Shown: positions 1 through 12,390 of the stretch, piece after piece
Layout of the letters: every line of letters starts with the position of its first letter
How positions within the stretch are numbered: position 1 is the first letter of the stretch
Source: Antedon mediterranea
Lineage: Eukaryota; Animalia; Echinodermata
DNA length: 64,000 nucleotides
NCBI RefSeq assembly: GCF_964355755.1
Contig: NC_092672.1
Span: 30,696,437-30,760,436, forward strand
Direction of reading: 5' to 3'
Position numbers and translations under genes: made by a program
The notes under the pieces: generated by a model
What the model was told of the DNA's origin: nothing
Database searches by the model: none
Seen by the model: the letters and a program-made list of their open reading frames with translations, nothing else

Positions 1-1141
1 ATGCAAGGAATGATATTTTGCAGCATATGTTGGGGGAATAGATTTTATTTTGCTTTTTGCTCCTTTCTCACAGAACCTTAGGTTGTCTAAAGTGCTACCA
101 ATGCCAATTCATCTGATGCGATGATTTGTTTTTAGACGTTTAGTTTTACAGAGATTGTAAGCACACCGTACTACTGCAGTATTGGAGAGGGCACCCTACT
201 TTTGAAATTTAGTTCAAAATTGCAAAATTTTAGGGTTTTGGGAAAAACACAATATTTGTAAAATTAACTGATTAACGGAAAAATATTATTAGTGAAATAA
301 ATTCATAAATGATTTTAGTACATTGTCATGTAAAATTAAATGTCTTTGAACCAAACAATAATCTGTAATTTAACGGAAAAATCAACCAATGTCTTTTTTC
401 CGAAATTGTACCCTAGAAAATCGTTAAAATAAAATATTTAGCAAAATTGAACAGTCCTGAATTTTAAATCCCTGGTAGAAATATTAAATCTACAGAATAC
501 GATCGATATTAAGATACAAAATTCGGTAAGTGGGATGCAGCTCCGACTATTCAAACTAAAGGTACCTCCCTATTTGTTCCATCGAAAACTAGCGAAACCG
601 CCATTTTGTAAACAATTGTCATCGTGTTTATGAATTAATTTATTTATAGCGAACGATATACGCGATGTTTATTATTGTCCGCGTATAAGTATTTATATAA
701 AAAAATACATTCCATTACAAAGTATTTTATTACTTGTTTATTTATGACAATATAAATTTTAGTTGAGGAATATTTATCATAACTATTATAATAGCTTGTA
801 TACGAGTCCGAGGCCTAGCCCTATTTAGCGAGCGATTGTTCCAGGGGCGCAAAGTCACTTAGTGACATCGTGATCGGGCGCGTCGGGACTAGCTAATATC
901 AATAATATGAACTGAAATAAACGGCTAACAAGAACTGTTGTAATATACTTGCTTACAATTTTTTGTTAATGATGAACAAACAAGCAATTAATTTGAATAA
1001 CAAATTATTTTAAATTTTGTTTGGGTAAAAACATAATAATGTACCAAAGTAACAAACTACTGTATAATAATTAATAGTAATACAGTATTTATAAAATATA
1101 ATATAGGCCTAACAATAAATATTCAATTTTTAAGGTCTACC

Positions 1142-1168
1142 CATAGAGATAATTATAGTGAACCTATG
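1142..1168. mobile_element. P-element-like excision scar / minimal element
   Basis: 27-bp insert CATAG...CTATG flanked by the exact 7-bp direct repeat GTCTACC (1135-1141, 1169-1175). Confidence 0.6.
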
Positions 1169-2327
1169 GTCTACCACATGACAATAACATAATTTACAAC
1201 GTATAGTGTAGTAGGTTTGCATTCAACATAAAACATTTGTATTGTAATTCGCCTATCATGAATTCTCTGCAACATTGGCTACATTATTATTTTGTAATTC
1301 AACATTTTGTTTTAAATTATTAAAGTATAGTTTGGGTATCATCTTTTTATTCACTTCACTCTCAATTTGAAGTCACAATGATTTCTGAAAGTGTCAACAA
1401 AATTAATAAATTTTATTTAACAAATATTTTTAATGTCTGGTTGTATTATATAATTATGATATTATTATTATATATTATATGATGGCCTAAAAAATAAAAG
1501 GGGGCTGTATTTTATTATTTAAATTAAAGTATTTACCATTATTATTTATATAATCTAGGCCTACTACTAGCCTAGCTAGGCATCTATATTTAGCTTAATA
1601 AATCAAATAATAAATGAAAAATAAAATAATAATAATACTGATTAAAAAGTATTTGTTTGGGGTGATCAAATCACCGTTCCAGGCTGGGCCGGCCAGGACC
1701 AATGATATTCGTACAGTACAACTTAACGACTATCGGATCAGCATCAACACAGTTTACAAAACCATGGATATTTCCTTCATGGTACAACACACGTCTCGTT
1801 ATCGCCTATACTGACCACCATAGAGTTATTACTATAATATCTCTATGTACTGACATACGTGTCTCGCGTCGCCGAAACCACGCTCACAGCTAGAAAATGT
1901 ACTACCTTTCGAGGCCTGAGAATACACCAACAAATTTTGAACAGGATAGAAATATATCATACTCGATTAAAGTAATATTATTCTTGATAAAACAATTGAT
2001 TATAATTTTTTTAATTCTGTAGGATGCACCTCCGACTATTTTTCATAGCCATATGGCGGCCATTTTGTTAAAAAAACCTATTTCCCCTACCTGGATTTTT
2101 CTAGATTTTAGTACCGTATGTTCATATAAGCACCTTATAGAAATGCATTGTGGTGTAATGTTGCAATTTTTTCAACCATATTTCATAGTTTTCCTGTACT
2201 AAGTACAATTACTGCGTTCTGCGCACTGCGAATGCGAACGTGCATCAGCCAGTGTGTTTTGCAAGTATGACGTCATGAGCTCAGGCATGCATCATGAATA
2301 TTCATGATATATATGCACTCCCTCTAT

Positions 2328-2711
2328 GGGTGTCTTGAAAACAGAGACCTCGAAAACAGAGACCAGAGACCCGAGACACAGGGTCTCTGTTTTCGAGAAA
2401 ATCTCGAAAACAGAGACCCCCTATAAAACGTAATATTGACTTAATATTGAGACATTTTAGTGGGGGTCTCTGTTTTCGAGAAAAACTCAAAAACAGAGAC
2501 CCCCACTAAAATGTCTCAATATTAAGTCAATATTACGTTTTATAGGGGGTCTCTGTTTTCGAGAAAAACTCGAAAACAGAGACCCCCCTATATTACGTAA
2601 TATTGATACGTTTTAGTGGGGGTCTCTGTTTTCGAGATTTTCTCAAAAACAGAGACCCTGGGTCTCGGGTCTCTGGTCTCTGTTTTCGAGGTCTCTGTTT
2701 TCGAGACACCC
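2328..2711. mobile_element. Palindromic non-autonomous TIR element, MULE/Foldback-like
   Basis: Termini GGGTGTCT...AGACACCC and a 10-bp TSD CTCCCTCTAT (2318-2327, 2712-2721). The body consists of AAAACAGAGACC / GGTCTCTGTTTT units in both orientations. Confidence 0.85.
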
Positions 2712-3643
2712 CTCCCTCTATAGTTTCTCCCTTAACCCAATATGGGAAAAATAATGCACTCGGGTACGGTAAACGTAAGTTGGTTTGGTGGGTAAGAACC
2801 ACGTACCAACCCGGTAAGCTTGGTTTTCACTCTAAGACGCAACGCATTGACCAATAAAGGCGATGGATTATCCACCCATTGTGATTGGTATCCGCTTGCG
2901 TTACAGTCACACGTCCTTTCTTGCATTGCGTACGTAATGCAACAAAGGTCCAGGCTTACCAAACGTGCGGTTTGCGATGTTAGTGAACTATTCTGGTGAC
3001 GGAGAACAAAAACATATAGGATGAATCTTGAATTGATAATTATATAGTATTTCATAGGGTCTATTTTAATATTATGTCTGTAAATAGTTGAATCCAATTA
3101 AATTGTCAGTTTAATTGTTTACTTACCACTAATTGAGTGTTGTTACTTAAGTGTAGGTGTTTGAGTTTCGTTTTCCTGGTAATCGCCAAATCTATATAAA
3201 CAGTACAATTGTTTTTATGATTAATTCGTATTTTTTATTACTCATGGATGAACTTAATCATAGAGGAATTAGGTAGATATGGAAAAAAAATTAATGAAAA
3301 ACTTACAAATGGAAAATTTTTCTGTGTAAAATATTTTAAAACGAGATAGTTGATAATATTATTCATGGATGCATAATAAACGAAAATATGCTATAACGAT
3401 ATTTAAAAACATAAGGGTTATTTAGACCAAACGTCCTTGTATTTACTTTTTAAACCTTTTTGTAAGTGTATAGAAAAATATAAGAACATTAATGAAAAAA
3501 GAGGTATTACGGAATTCAAAAATTTAAAAATGTTACTGGTGAAGTTTTGTCGAATTGTAGCGACATTTAAAATTTGTAAAAAATGTAATAAATAAAATGA
3601 TTTTATGTAATGACATGAAAGATAATAATGCATGTGAATATAA

Positions 3644-6286
3644 AGCCTGGTTTCCTGTCGACGTAAGATTTGGAAATGCTAACGTTTGTTACGATTGTTG
3701 CGTTTGTTACGTCTCTTCCGTTAAGTTGAACAAAAGTGAACGTCGTTTTGATCGTTCTGAAATTTTTTCTTACGCTTCTGTGTTTGCTCGATCGATGGTT
3801 GCCCATGTAAGGCAATTGTTTTTCAGGTAGGCCGCCTAGGCTTAATAGAAAGGCATACATGCTGTGTGGCATATACTGTACATAGGCCTAGCTACATAAA
3901 ACGGAACATGTCTAGGCCCAGGCCCAGTCCTACATCATAACCACTACTATTTTACTGTAATATAGGCAAGAGGCCTGTACTAAAAATGTCCTAGACCGTA
4001 GCCTTCTTGTAGGCCTAGCCTAGGCCTACATAGTAATACTAGGCCTTGGCTAGCCTACTACTAAAAGCCTTTTTTAGGCCTACCTACTATTATATAGCCT
4101 AGGCCCCTAGTACTTAGTAGTAGTAGGCCTCCTATACTAGCCTACTAGGCTAGGCCCTACAAACAAGTACTAGGCCTATCCCAATTAAGTGGACCACCAT
4201 CTGTAGGCCTAGGCTAGCTTTGGAATTAGGCATAAATCTCTCTTTTTTTTTAGTGTGACTTTATTTTATATGATAGGCCAAATTAAAAAAAAACATTTTA
4301 ACATTTTAATGTATTGGATCTACACACTATACACAATAATTCCAACTTCTAAACTGCAACAAAAATGATCTACAGTGAAACTCTTCTTTTACATGCCCTT
4401 TGGTTGGAATGTGTTTAAAAACTAAATGTTTGTAACTAAAAATCTTATCATACTGTACACATAATTATAAATAATAACAGTAGTTCAGCTGCTTAATAGG
4501 AAAATGCTATAAAATTAAAATTTGTAGTCATTAACTTAAGAAAAACAAGTGAAAAACACTTTAAATATGTTTAATTATTTTTCTTTGATTTAAAATAATT
4601 ATTGAAAAGCTTCAACACACTAGTTTTAAAATGTTAAATATTTTTACAGAGCAAATTTTAAACACAAAATGAGGCCTATAATGATTCCAAAGTAAATACT
4701 GCCCAGTACATAGGAAATATCACACTTATTTATTATTAACAATTTTACATGTGAACAGAAAGTCTGCTTCTAGTACCACTGAAAATTAAACAAAACATTG
4801 ATATTAACATTGATAATGTATCAACAACATTGAAAGTGTATGTGTTGCATTTACAAATTGTTTTGCTTTATTAAATAGATATACAAGAATGACACCAGAA
4901 AGATTGAATCAACTTGACTGTGTCCTTAATTCAGCCCCATCTGAAAGAGAGAAATTACAGTACAGTGTACCACAGTTTCAGAGTTTAAAAATATGTTTAT
5001 AGTTTTAGTACTCAACTTTTTAGATTTATTTAAAGGTTTAATTTCCTGTATCATTGTGTGACACAGTGTATGCAAAAAAAGTTACTGTATATCACTTAAG
5101 GTAATCAGTAAAAGTGTTTGTGTTTGCTTTTTAAAAATGTATTTAGTTAATAAGTAAGTAATTATAGTATTTAGGTAAAGGTTTGATTGTCGGTATTATA
5201 TATTCTGTATGCCATGGTGTATGCATCTATTATTTTTGAGAATTTATATAAATGGCCTAATCCATAAAATAGTTTTGTGCAGAATGTATTTGTAAATAAA
5301 TTTATTTAACAAGTATTTACTGTATGCTTCTTATTATTAAGTGTGGAGGGATATTGAATGGCAATATTATTTAATAACTTTATTATTATTATTACTATTA
5401 TTTTCATTATTATTAATTGTTATTAAATATCTTACCTTCTGTATTTAATATTACATCCATAAAATAGTATTGTGCAGAATGTATTTGTAAATAAATTTAT
5501 TTAACAAGTATTTACTGTATGCTTCTTATTATTAAGTGTGGAGGGATATTGAATGGCAATATTATTTAATAACTTTATTATTAGTGTTATTATTATCATT
5601 ATTATTAATTGTTATTAAATATCTTACCTTCTGTATTTAATATTACATCTACTGCATCAGAGTCTAATAGCATGCTTCTTATTACAACACAAACAACAAA
5701 AACATTGATTAGAAAAACTCAGATGGAGCAAATAGTGCCGGTTTAAATTGTTTAAAAACATCGAATCATTTCTCCTAATAAAAGAATATGTCAATAAAAT
5801 AAAGAAAAGTGTGAATAGAAAGAACTTGAATATAATTGTACGTTTTTAATATAGGGCTAATTTTTATCCTTTTTTGGTAAAGAGGTGTTGTAAAAAAGCT
5901 GCTTTTATTAATGAAATTCGTATTTTCGTATCTATTAAAAATAGGCCTATCCTTTTCCATTGTATATCTTGCGCTTACGACTCTTACGCTTACGTAAAGT
6001 TGACTCCAAGTCAACTTTACGTAAGAATCGTTAATAACGCAACGCAAGTGATCGTAAGCAATAAAATCCCGGTTTCCTGTAAATTCGCGATAAATCGACG
6101 TATCAGACGGAGATTCGATACCCCGGTTTCCTGTTGATCGTCTATTTTTCTTGCGTTTACGTCGATTTCACCAAAATATTGTCGTAAGCGGTTTCCTGTC
6201 AAATGTTGGTTTCTTACGTAAAATCGACGTAACAATCGTAACTGACGTTAGAAAAACGGACTCTTACGTCGACAGGAAACCAGCCT
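3644..6286. mobile_element. Non-autonomous PIF/Harbinger-like DNA transposon
   Basis: About 25-bp TIR AGCCTGGTTTCCTGTCGACGTAAGA / TCTTACGTCGACAGGAAACCAGCCT with a TAA TSD. An uninterrupted host repeat (empty site) is visible at ~52760-52790 and, reverse-complemented, at ~20180-20210. Confidence 0.85.
5262..5650. repeat. Tandem duplication, about 195 bp x2
   Basis: CCATAAAATAGT..TGTGCAGAATG...TATTACATC is repeated at ~5262 and ~5457, inside the Harbinger-like element. Confidence 0.85.
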
Positions 6287-6800
6287 TAAGTGGTGTTTAC
6301 GCCACAAAAACGAAAAAATAAGATATGAAACGCTGTGGCGCAAACGTTCCATAGGTAGACCTATTACTGCCATTGTATTGTGTTTCTAGAAAAATATTAA
6401 TTTTATTCTTTTTTCTCTCCTTCGTAGGAGCAACCCACTTTTACTTCATAGAGTACATCTTTCAGTTTTGAATGTTAAATTAAAAATTAAAAGAATGTAT
6501 AGCAGATCTGTAAAATATAATTTACAATTTTCTCTCTTAAAAAAGGTCTTTAAAAAAATGTACACATCAATATTAAGATACTTGTTTTGCTATTTAACTC
6601 TTGAGTTTTAATGAGACCCGATATAATTTTGATTCCTGTCAGTACATTTCTTTAAAATGTAATTTAAATGTTATATTTATACACATACTGTACATATACA
6701 TTATATAAATGTGGGGCCCACATTAACAAATGTTTACTATACGTACACCACACACACCCCATATACAGTGATGGTTATACTGGACAAAAAAGCACCACTT

Positions 6801-6990
6801 GGTGGTACATGTCAAACACTTGTGATGCTCTATTCCTGGATACTGAAGGAATCTACAGTACCGAGCGCGTGTCGCCGATGAAGGGTGAAGTGTCAATCAA
6901 TTATTAAGCCTATACACAATTATTATTAGAGTAAACGTTTTAGTTATCCGCACTCGGCGGATAACTCCTTGTTTTTTGTTTGTTATTTAA
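6801..6990 (+). repeat. Dispersed repeat copy 1, possible Helentron-type 3' end
   Basis: Near-identical to 19041-19230. Ends in the hairpin AGTTATCCGC-ACTCG-GCGGATAACT followed by CCTTGTTTTTT. Confidence 0.55.
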
Positions 6991-9215
6991 GAGCCATTGT
7001 CTGTAAAAATCAAAGATTTGGTGGCAGATATAAAAAAATGGATTTCTCTCAAATTTTTACCATGAATAGACACTTCAATAAAAAGCATATCTACAACATT
7101 CATTTTAATTTTTAGCCTTCGTTGCCATGACAATGGTCAATTATCCAAATGTTGATGTTTTTGCCATTTTTCACAGATTTTCTATAGTGAAAAAGTACAA
7201 ATTGTATACTTGTTTTAACCAAAAATACTTACAGTACACTTTTTGTTTTTGTTTATATCAGTGTAAACAACTAAGTATTGAGTTCCATTCAATTTAGAAA
7301 AAAAAAATTACAAAATGGAGTTTGGTTGATACCATTATTTTAAAAAGAGGTGTTTTTAAAATATATTTTTTTATAAAAGTATACCTCATAAACGTACCTA
7401 TAACTTCTAAAGTGGTGTTTTTATATCAATGAAGTTTTGTAATTTGATAGTCAATAGGTTTTTCAACAATAATCACGAAAAGAAAACTGGGGTAAATTCT
7501 GTACATAGATTTTGTGTTGCCAGGAAAATACAGAAAATACAAAAAAATACAAACAAAATGACAATAAACAAAACACATGAATCAAAATTGAAATATGGCT
7601 AATCCAATAATAAAATATATATTTGGCTTGTCATAATGCTACTAGAGTCATACGAATAGTTTAGATAAAATACGAGAATGTGTTGCCAGGTTTATTTCAA
7701 TTAATTGCCAGAAAAACAGTATTTTGCATTGAAATATTTAGTTGATGGAAACTAATGTTAAACTTTGAAATAATTGCCTCCAGGTTTTTTTTTTAAATTT
7801 TGACATCTATTTTTTGTAAAGAGATACAGAAAGACGTCCCAAAAAATCTGTACTTGTAAATAGGATATTTGAGGTCAGAATGCAAAACAGGACAGGTCCC
7901 CACTTTAGTTCAAATATTAATGTTTTATCAAAATTTACAAGATAATTTAATTTTAATTTAATTTTTTAACTATAGTTTTACCTTAGCAACCATTTCTATG
8001 TGTAACTAAGGAAAGAAATTAAAAAAAAACGTTTAAGAAATGACGTGTTTATGAATACAAAGAATTAAATTGCATTTGTACTTTTTCTCAATTTTACTTC
8101 TACTGCATTCTAATAATCATAAAGTGATGACAAACTTGATCTTGGAAATTCATTCATTTTGAGGTCAAATGAGGTCAACATTTTACCATAGTAACTGTTT
8201 CTATGCGAAAATATTTTTAAAATAAGGGGTTTTCATAAATACTACTTAGTTTTACATTTCTACTTTTTCCCAAATTTACTTTAAATACTGAATCATAATA
8301 ATCTCAGAAAAAAGTCTTGACAAATCTAAATAAAGGTAAAACATTGAACTTTAGTGTTATCTTAAAACCTGTTTCTATATATAACTAAGGATAATTAAAA
8401 ATAAAATAAAATATGGGGGTTCATGAAAAAAATATAATTACATTATTGAGGTCAATTGACATCAACATTTTACCTGTAGTGTATTTTAGCAACTCTTTCT
8501 ATGCGTAACTAAGAAAGGGTATAACCATATATGATTATACTTGACAAAATACAATAATATTAATACTACAGTTAAAAATGAATACGATTTGATTTTTAGA
8601 AATACACATTAATTATTTGTTTTTTCTTTCATGTGACCCAATTTCTTTTCAGTCTTGTTTTATTTATATTACAAGCATATATTGATTCTCTAGTGAAATT
8701 TTCAAGTTTACATCTAGACGACTGTTGATTTTATTTTTGAATGTTCTTCTTGAATGATTTAAAAATATATGTTTTATAATTACAAACGGTGAACACTGAT
8801 ATTAATTCATTGACATTTTCACGTTTTGTTCCTATCACAATGTCTAAAATAATGTACGGTTTCCTCAAACAAGTTATTAGCATTTTACAATCATGTTGTT
8901 ATCAATTGCCTGTAAATAATACTACATACCATAAGCATCAATATCCATGAAAAGAAAAAGAAACATAAATCCGGCACAGATGAAAACAAACATGAATAAC
9001 ATTCTCACGTTTAACCTAGACCAAGCCATTCTGAGCAAATTTCCGTCAATCCGATTCCCCTGTTCATCGACTATACAACAAATATCCGTCTGTTAATCTA
9101 TCAATAGGGAGGTTTCGCAACCTTACCAATACGCTAACGAAAACGGATACGTCACACATTTGTGAAACTTTTGAGCTGATCCCCATTTCATATTCGTAAA
9201 GCGTATTCGTGTTGA

Positions 9216-10037
9216 CAAAGAATATTATTATATCACAAGAATGAGTATTCCGCGATTTTTGCATGAGAAATTTGTAACAGAGAGCTCCAGAGAGTGATGC
9301 CCGCCCCCATAAGGCAGGATGTATACATACTAAATAAGACTTGATTTAATAGATATTATACATGTCACATTACATAGAATTATGATAATATATTTTGCAA
9401 TTGTAAACTATTTTATAATATATATTTATTAACAAACTAGTGTAAATTCACTTTTACAGACAATTATTTACTAACATGCTAAATTAGTTCACAAAAAAGG
9501 CCTAACACAGCAACACCAAAAATCAACGAATCGTTACTTAACACGGCCTATTCTTTACCATTGCCGCGTACTACTCTACGCCCGGTAAATTAAGTATTGC
9601 TTTTATGTTATAAATTAGTATAAAATACATTGTATTAATAGGATAAATTGTTAAATGTCATTAACATTTATTTGTTCTACCAGAAACAAGTTAAATATAG
9701 GAATATTATTAAACTATCCTTTGTGAAAACGCGTAAACACCAACACGCCCGGTCACGCTATCGTAGCGCCCGGTTGATAAAGCGAACTGTTTATACGGCA
9801 GTTTTTACTAAATAAATTGCATAAAACGAACAATTAAATATCCAAATAGCATTTAACATGAAATTGGCATGAAAATACTACCGGTGGTCCAGCCTTTGAT
9901 TAGTGAAACCGTCACAAAAAGTTGTATACATCCCAGATACATCCTCACTTATGGCGGCGCCCTACCACACATGGACAATATTACTGTTACAGGAAAAATT
10001 GCGGATTACTCATTCTTGTGATATATTATATTCTTTG
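9216..10037. mobile_element. Non-autonomous P-element-like MITE, copy 1
   Basis: TIR CAAAGAATA..TATATCACAAGAATGAGT with a 7-bp TSD GTGTTGA (9209-9215, 10038-10044). An inverted copy lies at 37506-38296. Confidence 0.85.
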
Positions 10038-11181
10038 GTGTTGACGAATATCACCAGTCATATTCGTAACTACAAAACGAGTATAGTTTTTGAACTATTT
10101 TGCACATTTTGCATTTGAATCAGGAATGATTCATGATTATAATATAATTATAGATTTATTGAAAGTAATATACTAAAGTAATTTACTAAAATGCCAGGTC
10201 AATTTTGATAAATAGCAGTTTTTAAAGTCCTCACTCGCTTTGTACTCTAGTAGCTAGATCAACTTTCGTATGCACTTTGAGGTTCAGAGAATTTGACTTC
10301 AGAAATTGGTTTAGGGTGGTCAAACAATCATGTTTGGCTTGGTTACACATTTTGAAAATGTGGCGAAAGGTCAAAAGGTCAGGGTCAAAGGTTATAAGAT
10401 CAAACACCATTATGTCCTTAAATATCGTCAAACACTGGTCACAGCGAGGTAATTTTGGTCTCAAATTGATCAGAAGGTATACATTCATATTCAGTCTAAT
10501 GAAACATTTTAGTCGAAAATGACCGGAAATGCCATTTCTGACCTTTGACCCATAAACCAGGGCATGTCTGTATCTCCGTAACTATTGGCCGTAGAGACTT
10601 GAATTTGGGCTCAAATTGTTCGAAATATAAATTTAGTTATTTGTTATACTTTTTGAACAATGTTACAAAAGGTCAAAAGGTCAAGGCCAGGGGTTATATG
10701 AATAAACACAAATAGGTATTTGTATCTCGGCAACCACTGGTCACAGCGAGTAAATTTTGGTCTCAAAATGTTCAGAAGGTATACATTCATATTCAGTCTA
10801 ATGAAACATTTTAGTAAAAAATGACCGAAAATGACATTTCTGACCTTTCACATACATACCAGGGCATCTTCTTATCTCTGTAAGTACAGGTCGTAGAAAC
10901 TTAAATTTAGTATCAAATTGTTAGAAATACACATATTTACATTCATTCTAACAGAAAATTTGGATAAAAGATGATCAGAAATACTATTAATTACTAATCT
11001 TTTAAATGAAAAACATATCTACCCAACTTATCATTAGACAGTAATGTTATGCAATAATTGATGCTTAATAATTTCATTATAGGAATTAAAACAAATCCTT
11101 TACTGTTTGTAATAATTGTACTTTTGCTTATAATTAATAATGCTAGAAAGTATTGTTGACCTCCGAACGTTCAAACATTTT

Positions 11182-12321
11182 GAGAATGCTAGAAGTAATT
11201 TACTGTAGTTACCCGAATAAAAGCCTCGGGCATTTATTTATTCAGGGAAGGCGTTTATTTTGTTGGGTGTAATAATGGTAACATGTATAATCAAATAAAT
11301 ACACCCCAGATATATATATATATATATAAAATATATATATAATAAGAATAATAACGAGATTAAACCTCATTCTATCCTGGTGGAAGTACAATCATGTAAT
11401 AAAAGGAATCGGAGACCACAATAATAGACCAAGTCATTGTCATTATTACGTAACACTGTTGCATAATAGTTTTGAATGTCAACGACAAACTTATACATAT
11501 ACACGTCTGTTCCCAGTGTAGATAATAAAACAATATATATTTCTGGAGATTTATTATCAATAACACTAGAAACTTTGACATGTTTTAGGTACTGAATGCA
11601 TTGACAATAAAAGCATCAGAAGTTTATCATGATAAAATCATACTACAACACTGTACTACAGTACACAAAGGTGTTTTCAGGAAAGCTGGACATATTGTAG
11701 AATAGTAATGAAACTATGTATTGGCATTTAAAACTATGCAAAAGATTGTTGTCAAATTGTAGTTACAAACAAATAGATGATAGAATGAAGATCCATTATG
11801 AGTGCAACCGTGTCAGGATAATGATGTGTCATTGTTTTATATCATTATACTGCCACCTGGAGGAGAAGATCCATTTAATGGAATCTATCACTTTTATTTT
11901 AAAAGACAGAAACATTTCGTTAAAAAGCATAAGGAGGAAAACGAATCATGTAAAGTACCTTTTATCAGTTGAGAAACGAAATACAATTATTAAAATTAGA
12001 GTATTCCTTCAAATAAACGCCACCATTCCCTCCAATAGAACACCATGTGGAATAAACGCCCCGCCACATACATTTACACGTCAACACATTTCATTAACTA
12101 CCATAATCTACAATTTACCAAGCATTTTGACATAATTGTATCACTTTTTGATATTAATTGTGCAGTATTGTTTTACATCTAGGTGGTATTTATTTGATTA
12201 TACATGTTACCATATTATACCCTAAATAAAGATGTCTCCTTTCCCCCTAAAAACCCTTTTGAACAATAAATGCCTGGGGCGTTTAATCGGATACATATGG
12301 CAAGTTACTTCTAGCATTCTG
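11182..12321. mobile_element. Degraded inverted-repeat element, pogo/Tc1-like ends
   Basis: GAGAATGCTAGAAGTAA...CCCGAATAAAAGCCTCGGGCATTTATT is matched in inverse at 12265-12321. ATAAACGCC motifs occur internally. Confidence 0.45.
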
Positions 12322-12390
12322 AAAAAAAACTGTTGAGCTTAACGTTTCTATCAAAATGTCCTCGGGGACAGCAATAACTAGTACTTGAAA

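Noticed and set aside
160-2260. Possible large TIR element with repeated GGATGCA(G/C)CTCCGACTATT and GCCATTTTGT motifs
   Set aside because: The motifs recur (532 and 2022), but I could not identify matching termini or a TSD, so it is left unclassified.
2328-2711. CRISPR-like array or Golden-Gate (BsaI GGTCTC) synthetic construct
   Set aside because: The repeats occur in both orientations, the intervening sequences are copies of each other rather than unique spacers, and no cas genes are present. TIRs and a 10-bp TSD explain it as a transposon.
6991-7906. Possible Kolobok-like element
   Set aside because: Only one plausible terminus (GGACAGGTCCCCACTTT) was found, with no matching opposite end.
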